In this document: one piece after another, positions 9,701 to 18,700 of the stretch
Numbering within the stretch: position 1 is the first letter of the stretch
Layout: each line of letters starts with the position of its first letter
Position numbers and translations under genes: made by a program
Source: an uncultured Lentisphaerota bacterium
GTDB lineage: Bacteria; Verrucomicrobiota; Kiritimatiellia; CAIQIC01
Length of the DNA stretch: 64,000 nt
Direction of reading: 5' to 3'
Assembly (NCBI GenBank): GCA_903889245.1
Contig: CAISWQ010000028.1
Coordinates: 70,677-134,676 of the forward strand
The notes under the pieces: generated by a model
Databases searched by the model: none
What the model was told of the DNA's origin: nothing
The model's input: only the letters and a program-made list of their open reading frames with translations

Positions 9701-9994
9701 AAGAAATTGGTCAGCATCGAAGGTTACGAGGATGGCTTTGCGACTACGGCCCCAGTGGGTAGTTTCCCCGCCAATCGCTATGGCTTGTTCGATATGGGGG
9801 GTAATGTTGCAGAGTGGTGCGAAGATTGGTTCGACTACAGTCAAGACCGCCGGGTGTGCCGTGGTGGTTCCTGGTTCAGTTCAAGCCGCGACTCTATACT
9901 GTCCGCATTCCGCGAGCTAAGCAATCCTCTTGGGGCGGACCGCTTTACTGGTTTTCGGGTGGTATTGGAGGGTGCGTTTGCGCTCCAGAAGTAG
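6707..9994 (+). CDS. Ser/Thr protein kinase - TM - two FGE-sulfatase (formylglycine-generating-enzyme-like, PF03781-type) domains
   Basis: Kinase motifs GAGGMGAVY, ALKTI, HRDLKPANILL, DFGLAR and MSPEQ. There are two repeats of WTNSLGMVFVPVPGTKV...YRLPTDLEWS...GNVWQWCEDFY...RVLRGG. Neither FGE domain has the catalytic Cys pair. Confidence 0.9.
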   Translation: MKSFEESLGSSPTLTGAPTKATATLEADAVLGSYRIVRLLGAGGMGAVYLAEHIQFKTRHALKTIRPEFAKQQNFAERFQREAKLATRLKHPHIVACTETGVAEGTPYLVMDYVEGPAGEPLNLRQLLDQRRERGDLLGEDEAAAVGLEICKALDYAHSYRDAEIPNGIIHRDLKPANILLDKDTKLYIADFGLARMLGEKYEESIVQAHSLSLGEQATLGKPVSVSADTVGTFDYMSPEQREGRTADARSDVYAMGVILYELLTGRKVIGVPKPPSQVRPGLDPIWDDIILSRCLAYEPEERYATAGMMCRAIEGVRSKSNLAQQTATGFQALEKPAPTFSNHGKPMAIKGLALAAVLVGAGLAAWWLRELLPQTSSPVTNAVQAAALLPPAPTTNPVVTSTVKTPATAPAPAVKMEFAAISITCSEPARILPLEVGQPTVYDLPHHKLQVVSPGLSGCQLLAVPLQKVITFEIRVNQDGVLYVIGSGKKSLRSLGNEESAKWEDATGMISGAAVNLCLRRKAVRGEIIQLQGTDLRFVAKSIEVVSDEKPESLTKPAAPSPAVVPQPAVQPGQQWTNSLGMVFVPVPGTKVQFSIWDTRVQDYQAFVTATGRTWEKPNFGQGPMHPAVNVSWDDAKAFCAWLTEKERRSGTLVAPRRYRLPTDLEWSVAVGLGNESGATPQERDGKIRGVYPWGTQWPPPSSAGNFFVKKSKAGKVDDFYNTSPVDSFAANRFGLYDMGGNVWQWCEDFYDGQNGARVLRGGAWKSLGGGGNEPDLFLSSRRTHSPPMKGNSYRGFRCVLADEGMTASQTPSGATNTVVSLPAPTPAVVSSPSIVQSGQRWTNSLGMVFVPVPGTKVLFSIWETRMRDYAAYARANHNVDNNWQQASYYGVKVSDGPEYPVSDVSWAHAKVFCLWLREKEQKEGVLGPNQKYRLPTDLEWSTAVGLEVEVGRTPRERHRRTGNEYPWGTQWPPPRSVGNYADQTAKVGLLYPSDKSKKLVSIEGYEDGFATTAPVGSFPANRYGLFDMGGNVAEWCEDWFDYSQDRRVCRGGSWFSSSRDSILSAFRELSNPLGADRFTGFRVVLEGAFALQK

Positions 9995-10173
9995 AAAGGG
10001 CCAGGCCTTGAATGGTGAATAGGTGGCGGATGCGGTGGGAGTTGACGATGAAAAGCTGGCAGAAAAATAGTGGATGGGAGCAGGCGAAGGCGGGTGGGTT
10101 GCTTTTCTCTCGGCTTCCGGGGCCGGGCGGGGCCTGGGCGGTTGGCGGGGCGGCAACAAACGGGCGAGGGAAC

Positions 10174-11983
10174 CATGAATAACGTGGACGACGAAGGCTC
10201 AACCATCATCAAGCCGTTGAGCAAGAAACCGCGCGAGGTCCTGGAGGCCGGCGCGCACCTGGGCCAATATCACATCATCCGCCTGCTTGGCCGCGGGGGC
10301 ATGGGCGAGGTCTATGAGGCCGAGCACACCACGCTCGGTCTGCGCTTTGCCCTCAAGCTACTGCCGCCGGAGATGCTGGCGACGACCACCGCGCTGGAAC
10401 GCTTCCGGCGCGAGGCGCGCGTGATGGCGCAACTGCGGCATCCGCACATCCTGCACGTGGATGAATTCGGCGAGACCGAGGGCCGTTTCTGGTTCCGCAT
10501 GGAACTGGCCAACGGCGCGACGCTGGGCGGCAGGCATATCGTCACGCTGGCGGAACTGGCCGAGGTCTCCGGCGGGCGGATCGAGCAGCGGGTGTTGCTG
10601 GGTATCTTGCAGCAATTGCTGGCCGGTCTGGCCCACGCCCACGCCAAGGGTGTGGTGCATCGCGACCTCAAGCCCTCCAACGTCCTGATCTGCACCGACG
10701 CCGAGGGTAGTGTGTTCAAGATCGCCGACTTCGGGCTCGTGCGCCTTGTCGGCATGGACTGGCTGCAATCGCGCGTGGAGAACTCGGTGCGCCTCACTGG
10801 GCAGATGACGGATTCGCTGTCCGAGGGGCCGACCAAGGTCGGGGCGCTCGGCGAGGGTTCCTCGACCCGCTCGCTGCTGGGCACCTACGAATATATGAGC
10901 CCGGAGCAGAAGCGCGGCGAGGAGGTGGACGCGCGCAGCGACATTTATTCCTTCGGCCTGATGATCTTCCGCCTGCTGACCGGCGACCGCGAGTGGGACC
11001 TCGATGAGGTGCCCAGCCAGATGGTCGAGGGTCTGGTCCCGGCTTGGGACGAGCTGGTGAAGGCCACGCTGCGGACGCGCAAGGAAAAGCGCGCGGCGGA
11101 TTGCGCGGCGCTGCTGCCGCTGCTCGACGCCGTTTCCCAAGCCCTGGAAAACACCGGCGCTAAAATTCCCAAGCTTCGGAAAACGGAAGCGACCCAACCT
11201 GATTTGCGGGCGCCGTGGACCAACTCGCTGGGGATGGAATTCGTGCCGGTGCTTGGCACGCAGACGCTGTTCTGCAAGTGGATGACGCGCGTACAGGACT
11301 TCACGGCGTTCGTGAAAGCGACCGGCCACGACGCCACCGAGGCGATGCACTCCCTGCGCGCCGAGGGTTGGCAGCAGCTTGGCGCTTCCTGGGAGAGTCC
11401 CGGCTTTGAGCAAGGCCCGACGCATCCGGTCTGTGGCGTGAACTGGGACGACGCCCAGGCCTTCTGCCTCTGGCTGACCGAGCGGGAGCGGCAGGCCAAA
11501 CGCCTCAAGCCCGACCAAGCCTACCGCCTGCCCAAGGATTGGGAGTGGAGCGTCGCGGTCGGCCTGACGGAGCCGCGCGCGGGCACGCCCCGCGAGAAGA
11601 GCGAGAAAGTTCCCGGCGTTTATCCATGGGGCCGCCAGTGGCCGCCGCCGGCGGGCGCGGGCAACTTCGCGGGCGCGGAAGCGCAGGACGCGGACTGGCC
11701 CGCCAGCATGGAGGTGATCGCCGGCTATGACGATGGCTATCCGCGCACCGCGCCGGTGGGCAGCTTCGCCGCCAATCCGTTCGGCCTGTTCGACATGGCG
11801 GGCAACCTCTGGGAATGGTGCGAGGACTGGTCCGATGGCCAGAAGAAAACCCGCGTACTGCGGAGCGGCTCGTGGCTCAACTTTGCAGCCGTCCGGCTGC
11901 TCTCCTCCTTCCGCTTGAGTTTCCAGCAAGCCTACCGCGTCAGCTCGGTCGGCTTCCGCGTGGTGCTGGCCTCCGCGACGTGA
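10174..11983 (+). CDS. Ser/Thr protein kinase - one FGE-sulfatase-like domain
   Basis: Motifs GRGGMGEVY, ALKLL, HRDLKPSNVLI, DFGLVR and MSPEQKRG; C-terminal WTNSLGMEFVPV...YRLPKDWEWS...GNLWEWCEDW...RVLRSGSW. The start was chosen at MNNVDD because of the upstream GAGGGAA; the ORF is open from 10070. Confidence 0.85.
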
Positions 11984-11987
11984 GGGG

Positions 11988-12180
11988 AATGTGGACAGAA
12001 AAATGGAAGACAGTAGTCAGAAGTCAGCAGTCAGCCATCAGAGGGCGGCCGATGCGGCCGTTTCTTCTTTCTGCCCGCCATTTATCGGCCAGCCTCTGCT
12101 CTGGCGGACGCGACGGAGCGCGTCCCTCCACGCACAGCATGCATTCCGGGTTGGAGGGCCACGCTCCGTCGTGGCCGGCT
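11988..12180. repeat. Composite MITE-like intergenic repeat (gtggacagaaaaatgga... module + hairpin A GGACGCG-ACGGAG-CGCGTCC + hairpin B GGCCACG-CTCCGT-CGTGGCC)
   Basis: Hairpin A at 12106..12125 and hairpin B at 12157..12176. The same architecture recurs at the sites listed below. Confidence 0.8.
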
Positions 12181-12212
12181 CCGTTCCGGTCTTCCGGCGT
12201 TCCTCAAGCACG

Positions 12213-12268
12213 CAGGCTTTCCAAGGCCCGGGAAAAAACGCCGGAATTTTTCCAAGGCTCGGACAACT
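12213..12268. repeat. Two degenerate TTTTCCAAGnCTTGGAAAA units upstream of kinase 12383
   Basis: ctttccaaggcccgggaaaaaa ... tttttccaaggctcggac. Confidence 0.6.
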
Positions 12269-12299
12269 TTCACCGCCAAGACGCCAAGAGTGCCAAGGA

Positions 12300-12385
12300 T
12301 CGGAAGAACGCGTCCACTTGGCGACCTTGGCGTCTTGGCGGTTTCTTTTGGGGCGAAGCAATAGCAAGGCAAAGGTGGCACGATG
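12300..12385 (+). promoter_or_regulatory. Conserved 5' leader of the kinase paralogs (...ggcgtcttggcggtt...cgatagSaatgcaaNggtgNcaccATGaaaccatttgag) with GGTG-n-CACC inverted repeat abutting the start codon
   Basis: The same ~85-bp leader precedes the kinases at 23065, 37255 and 40462 (copies at 22985..23067, 37185..37257 and 40385..40464). Confidence 0.6.
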
Positions 12386-15300
12386 AAACCATTTGAGCAA
12401 AGTCTGGGCAGCAGCCCGACGATCACAGGAACGCGCATCAGCGCTGCCGAGACGCTGGGCGCAGGAACAGTGCTGGGCAACTATCGGATCGTGCGGTTGC
12501 TCGGCGCGGGCGGGATGGGCGCGGTCTATCTGGCCGAGCACACCCAGCTCAAGACGCGTCACGCGCTCAAAACCATCCGGCCGGAATTCGCCAAGCAGCA
12601 GAACTTCGCCGAGCGCTTCCAGCGCGAAGCCAAGCTGGCGACGCGACTCAAGCATCCGCACATCGTTGCCTGCACGGAGACCGGCGTTGCGGAAGGCACG
12701 CCCTATCTGGTGATGGACTACATCGAAGGTCCGGCGGGTGAACCACTGAACCTGCGCCAGTTGCTCGATCAGCGCCGCGAGCACGGCGATCTGCTCGGCG
12801 AGGACGAGGCCGCCGCCGTCGGCTTGGAAATCTGCAAGGCGCTGGACTACGCGCACAGCTATCGCGACGCCGAAATCCCGAACGGCATCATTCATCGCGA
12901 CCTGAAGCCCGCCAACATCCTGCTAGATAAGGACACCAAGCTCTACATCGCCGACTTCGGCCTGGCCCGGCTGCTCGGCGAGAAATTCGAGGAGAGCGTG
13001 GTCCAGGCTTATGCGCTCTCGCGTTCGCTGGGCGAACAGGCGACGCTCGGCAAGCAGGTCTCGGTCAGCGCCGACACGGTCGGCACGTTCGACTACATGA
13101 GCCCGGAGCAGCGCGAGGGGCGCACCGCCGATGCGCGCAGCGACGTCTTTGCTCTGGGGGCGATTCTTTATGAGTTGTTCACTGGTCGCAAGGTGGTGGG
13201 TGTGCCCTCGCCGCCGAGCATGGTGCAACCCGGTTTGAATCCGGTGTGGGACGAGATCATCCTGGAACGCGCCTTGGCCTATGAGCCGGAAGAGCGTTAT
13301 GCCTCCGCGGGTGAACTAGCCCTCGCGATTGAACATACTCGTATCTCCGCAGATCTTGCCAAGCAGGTAACCTCGGCAGATCAGACCTCGGGAATGCGCA
13401 CGCCTTCGGTGGGCCAACCGACCCCATCGGTTCCAAACCCTAATAAATCCAAGGGGCCCCAATCCAAGGTTTTAGTAAACAGCCTAGCCTTTACCGTTGT
13501 TTTGGTGGTGGTAGGTTTCATCATGTGGTTACTCCAAAAGCCAGAGTCAACCTCCTCATCGAGTAAGGCAAATATACAACCTGATGCGCAGACAACGAAC
13601 TTCCAGTCCTCATTTCAAGTGCTGTTGGCCGGAGCCGAGGGGGGCGATACGAACAAGATGTTTACCTTGGGCTACAAATACGAAAAGGGTGAAGAAATCA
13701 GCAAAGATGAAAGGGAGGCGGTGCGGTGGTATCGCAGGGCGGCCGAGTTAGGTCATGCGCTCGCCATGAACAATCTGGGCCTCATGTATACTGGTGGCAA
13801 AGGTGTTTCTAAGGATGAGATCGAGGCGGTCAAGTGGTTTCGCAAAGCTGCCGATGCGGGAGAGAAGCAAGGTATGTGTAATCTAGGGGTCATGTGCTCC
13901 GAAGGCAGAGGTATCCCCAAGGATGAGGCTCTAGCGGTCGCGTGGTATCGCAAGGCGGCCGAGCTGGGTCATGCACCCGCCATGTGTGCTTTTGGTTCAA
14001 TGAGCGTCACAGGCAGAGGCGTACCCAAGGACGAGACAGCGGCGGTCAGGTGGTATCGTAAAGCGGCCGATTTGGGTAATGCTGATGCTATGCATGCGCT
14101 CGGCGTCATGTGTGAGGGGGGGCGAGGCATTCCCAAGGATGATGTGGAAGCAGTGAGGTGGCTGCGGAAGGCAGCCGAGCTGGATCATACGCCCGCCATG
14201 TGTGCCCTTGGTTTACTGAGCCTCGTCGGCAGAGGCGTATCCAAGGACGAGGCAGAAGCGGTCAAATGGTATCGTAAAGCGGCCGATTTGGGTAATGCGG
14301 ACGCCATGAATGAACTCGGTGTTATGTATGAAGCTGGTCGAGGTATACCCAAGGACGAGGCAGAGGCGGTCAAATGGTACCGCAAAGCAGCCGAGCTCAG
14401 TTCTGTTTTCGCCATGAAAAATATGGCGCGCATGTATACCACGGGTAAAGGCGTTCCTCTTAACGAAGCAGAAGCGATCAAGTGGCATCGCAAAGCAGCC
14501 GAACTTGGTTATGCGCTCGCCATTAAATATTTGGGTAGTATGCAAAACGATAGCGCACCTAAAGATGAGGCGGAGGCGGTTCAATGGTATCGCAAAGCAG
14601 CCGAGCTTGAAGGGAAGTTGGGTATTTTTAATCTGGGCAATATGTACGCCACCGGTAGAGGGGTTCCCCGGGACGAGGCAGAAGCGGTCAAGTGGTATCG
14701 TAAAGCGGCCGACTTGGGTAATGCGATAGCCATGAATGACCTGGGTTTTATGTGCGATCAAGGTAAGGGGGTGCCCAAGGACGAGGTGGAAGCGGTCAAG
14801 TGGTTCCACAGATCAGCTGGGTTAAACTATGCGCTAGCCATGAAAAATCTAGGTGGTATGTATGCTTTCGGTAGAGGGGTTCCCCGGGACGAGGCAGAAG
14901 CGGTCAAGTGGTATCGCAAAGCGGCCGATTTGGGTAATGCGGACGCAATGACTGAACTAGGTTTCAGGTATGAAAAAGGCCGGGGCGTACTCACTGATGA
15001 TGCGGAAGCGGTCAGGTGGTATCGCAAAGCGGCCGATTTGGGTAATGCGGACGCAATGACTGAACTAGGTTTCAGGTATGAAAAAGGCCGGGGTGTACTC
15101 ACTGATGATGTGGAAGCAGTCAGGTGGTATCGCAAAGCAGCCGAGTTAGGCCATGCGCTCGCCATGAACAATCTGGGCTGGATGTATGAGAATGGTTTTG
15201 GTGTGCCCAAAGACAGGAATACCGCGATTCGATGGTATGATAAAGCGGCAGCGTTGGGGGACAGCCATGCACATGCTAATCTTCAAAGAATAGGCGGCAC

Positions 15301-15673
15301 TGCCGGTTCCGTGGTGACGTCATCGCCACTATCTGCAAAAGCTGCTGCCTTACCCGTTTTGGATGGACAGGGCGACGCGGCGCTTCTACGTCAGAAACTT
15401 CAAAAACTGATCATTCCGCGGATAGAGATTCAAGAGGCGAACATCGTGGATGTGCTGAATTTCCTCCGTGAAACAAGTGCCAGCATGGATACAGAAGGGA
15501 AAACCGGTGTGAATTTCATACTGGCTGCCAACGTTACCGCGGTACCGCCCCTCTCCCTGCGTCTACGCAATGTCAGCCTGCTCGACACCCTCAAGTATAT
15601 CACTGACATTGCGAACCTTTCGTATCGCATTGATAATAATGCGGTGATCATTATGCCTCGAGGAAGCAAATAG
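12383..15673 (+). CDS. Ser/Thr protein kinase - TM - ~14 Sel1 (TPR-like) repeats - C-terminal secretin-N/STN-like domain
   Basis: Kinase head is near-identical to 6707 and 40462. The 36-aa repeats AVRWYRKAAELGHALAMNNLG..GxGVxKD are Sel1 repeats. The C-terminus IIPRIEIQEANIVDVLNFL...LSLRLRNVSLLDTLKYITDIANLSYRIDNNAVIIM is STN/secretin-N-like. Confidence 0.9.
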   Translation: MKPFEQSLGSSPTITGTRISAAETLGAGTVLGNYRIVRLLGAGGMGAVYLAEHTQLKTRHALKTIRPEFAKQQNFAERFQREAKLATRLKHPHIVACTETGVAEGTPYLVMDYIEGPAGEPLNLRQLLDQRREHGDLLGEDEAAAVGLEICKALDYAHSYRDAEIPNGIIHRDLKPANILLDKDTKLYIADFGLARLLGEKFEESVVQAYALSRSLGEQATLGKQVSVSADTVGTFDYMSPEQREGRTADARSDVFALGAILYELFTGRKVVGVPSPPSMVQPGLNPVWDEIILERALAYEPEERYASAGELALAIEHTRISADLAKQVTSADQTSGMRTPSVGQPTPSVPNPNKSKGPQSKVLVNSLAFTVVLVVVGFIMWLLQKPESTSSSSKANIQPDAQTTNFQSSFQVLLAGAEGGDTNKMFTLGYKYEKGEEISKDEREAVRWYRRAAELGHALAMNNLGLMYTGGKGVSKDEIEAVKWFRKAADAGEKQGMCNLGVMCSEGRGIPKDEALAVAWYRKAAELGHAPAMCAFGSMSVTGRGVPKDETAAVRWYRKAADLGNADAMHALGVMCEGGRGIPKDDVEAVRWLRKAAELDHTPAMCALGLLSLVGRGVSKDEAEAVKWYRKAADLGNADAMNELGVMYEAGRGIPKDEAEAVKWYRKAAELSSVFAMKNMARMYTTGKGVPLNEAEAIKWHRKAAELGYALAIKYLGSMQNDSAPKDEAEAVQWYRKAAELEGKLGIFNLGNMYATGRGVPRDEAEAVKWYRKAADLGNAIAMNDLGFMCDQGKGVPKDEVEAVKWFHRSAGLNYALAMKNLGGMYAFGRGVPRDEAEAVKWYRKAADLGNADAMTELGFRYEKGRGVLTDDAEAVRWYRKAADLGNADAMTELGFRYEKGRGVLTDDVEAVRWYRKAAELGHALAMNNLGWMYENGFGVPKDRNTAIRWYDKAAALGDSHAHANLQRIGGTAGSVVTSSPLSAKAAALPVLDGQGDAALLRQKLQKLIIPRIEIQEANIVDVLNFLRETSASMDTEGKTGVNFILAANVTAVPPLSLRLRNVSLLDTLKYITDIANLSYRIDNNAVIIMPRGSK

Positions 15674-15728
15674 CAGGCGCATTAGGGCGGGGAGTGAATG
15701 TGACCAGGACTGATCAGGAGAAAGAAAG

Positions 15729-18700
15729 ATGAGATCAGGCGAGGAAAGTTTAAGCGATAGTCCCTCCATCGTGGGGGCGCTGGTCAGCGGGAACCTGGAG
15801 ACGTTGAGCGCGGGGGCCGAGCTGGGCAACTACCGCGTCATCCGGTTCCTGGGCGCGGGCGGGATGGGCGCGGTCTATCTGGCCGAGCACATCCATCTCT
15901 CGACGCGGCACGCGCTCAAGACGATCCGCCCGGAGGTGGCGCGGCTGAAGGAGTTCAAGGAGCGCTTCCTGCGCGAGGCGAAGCTGATGGCGCGGCTGAA
16001 GCACCCGCACATCGTCACCTGCACCGATGCCGGCGTGGTCAACGACACGCCGTATCTGGTCATGGACTACATCGAGGGGCCGGGCGGCGAGCCGATGAAC
16101 CTGCGCGAGCTGCTGGATCAGCGCAAGGCGCGCGGGCAGTTGATGGACGAGGCCGAGGCCGTCGCGGTCGGGCTGGATATCTGCCGGGCGTTGGAATACG
16201 CGCACAGCTTCCGCGATGCCGGGATTCCGCACGGGATCATTCATCGCGACCTGAAGCCGGCCAACATCCTGTTGGACAAGGAGACGAAGCTCTACATCAC
16301 CGACTTCGGGCTGGCGCGGCTGATTGGCGAGAATTTCGAGGCGAGCGTGGTGCAGGCGCACGCGCTTTCGATGTCGCTGGGGTCGGCGCCCACGATGCGC
16401 AAGGGGCAGACCTCGACGAGTTCCGATGCGGTCGGCACCTTCGATTACATGAGCCCCGAGCAGCGCGAGGGACGCGTGGCCGATACGCGTTGCGATGTGT
16501 ACGCGCTGGGCGCGATCCTCTATGAACTGCTTACCGGACGTAAAGTCGTGGGTGTGCCGACGCCGCCCAGTGTGGTGCGGCCGGGGCTGTCCCCGATTTG
16601 GGACGACATCATTTTGGAGCGGGCCCTGGCCTATGAGCCGGATGAGCGCTATGCCTCCGCCGGCGAGTTATGCCGGGCGATTGAGCAGGCGTACTTCAAC
16701 CGGTCGGCGGAACCGGCGGTGACGCCGGTCCCGCCGCCGATCGCGCCGCCGCCACCGCCGCCGGCCGCGGCAGAACCGCCGGCCAGCGAGGCGGCGCCGG
16801 TGGCAGCGCCACGTCCCAAGAAACGCAAGGCGCCTTGGGTGGCTGGTGGGCTGATCGCCACAGTCGCGGTGGCGGGTTTGCTGCTCTGGGGGCCGTGGAA
16901 CACGAACGGGGCCAAGACCAAAGCGAGGAAGACAGCGGGGCGACAAACCACAACGCAACCCAGCGCGACGCCGGCCACGCCGGCACCTGCGCCAGCCGCA
17001 ACGACAACGACCAGGCCCGCTGTCCCGCTGCGCACGCCTGTACCCTCGCAGCCGTCTTCGCCGGTGAGATCAACTAGATCATCAGAGACTCCGACCACCA
17101 CCACCTCGGCGTTGGCCGCGCTGCAAAATGCGGAGGCGGCCTTCACCAATGGTCTCGGGATGCGGTTCCAGCCGGTGCCGGGGACCGAGGTGCTGTTCTC
17201 CATCTGGGATACACGCGTGCAGGACTATGCGGAATTTGTCCGGGAGACCGGCCAAACGTGGGAGAAACCCGAGTTCGCGCAGGGACCGACGCATCCGGTG
17301 GTCAAGGTGAGTTGGAACGATGCCACGGCCTTCTGTGTGTGGCTGACCGCGAAGGAACGCCGCGCGGGGCGGATCAGCCCGCAACAAGGTTACCGCTTGC
17401 CGCAAGATTGGGAGTGGAGTGTGGCGGTGGGCCTAAACGAAGCGAAAGCTGGCGCGCCAAGCGAGAAGAAGTCGAAGGAAGAAATTTATCCCTGGGACAT
17501 GGGCCAGGGCCGCATGCCTGCGCCTGTGGGCGCGGGGAATTATGAACCCTCGGCAAAAGTGGATACGTTTCCCAATACTTCGCCAGTGGGCAGCTTTGTG
17601 CCCAATCAGTTTGGCCTGTTCGACATGGGTGGCAACGTCCGGCAATGGTGCGAGGACTTCTATGACGGCCGCAGCGGCGCGCGGGTCTTGCGTGGCGGCA
17701 CGTGGTCGGATGAAGACGACACGATTGATGACCTGATGTCATCACATCGGGCTCGGGCCACCGTCTCTTCGCGTCAGGAAGATTATGGCTTCCGCGTGGT
17801 TTTATATGCATCGGTGCCGGGCGGGTTGAGAAATTTGATGCCGGCCGAGAAACCGCTTCCGCCCGGCCTGGTTCGGCCGACCTTGAATGCGCCGCATGAA
17901 AACGGGCTGGGGATGAAGTTCGTGCCTGTGGCAGGGACCAAGGTCCTGTTCTCCATCTGGGACACGCGGGTGCAGGACTACAAAGCTTTTCTGGAGGCCA
18001 CCGGCCACAGTGCGGTGAGGACGGACTTCGTTCAAGGCCCGACGCATCCAGCGGTGAACGTGAGCTGGTATGACGCCGACAACTTCTGCCGTTGGCTGAC
18101 ACGGAAGGAACAGCGCGAGGGGCGGCTCGGTCCCGATCAGTTCTACCGCCTACCCAAGGATTGGGAGTGGAGCGTGGCTGCGTGCTTGCCGGAAGTGAAG
18201 CGCGGCACGCCAAGCGACAAGGATGGCGAGATAGATAACGTGTATCCGTGGGCCAATGGCGAAGGCACCTGGCCACCGCCATCCGGCGCGGGAAATTATG
18301 CACCCGAAGTGGGAGTGGATTCTTTCGACAAGACTTCGCCTGTCGGTACGTTTGCCGCGAATCCGCATGGCTTGTTCGATATGGGCGGGGACGTCTGGCA
18401 ATGGTGCGAGGATCCTTATGATACGGCTGACGAGGAGTATCGCGCCTTGCGTGGCGGTTCCTGGGCCAGTAGCCGCTCTCACATGCTCTCCTCAAGTCGC
18501 AAAGGCGAAGAGGCTGAAGACAGGCATAACGATATTGGCTTCCGGTGTGCATTGGAGGTGGGTGCCAACCAAACGGCCACCCAATCTGCGGTGGCAAGCC
18601 CAGCAGTGAGCGTGAAGATACCCAATGACCATCCCGAACTGGACGCGGGTTTGATCGCGCATTATCAGTTGGCTGGTGACGCGCGCGACCGGTCGCCCAA

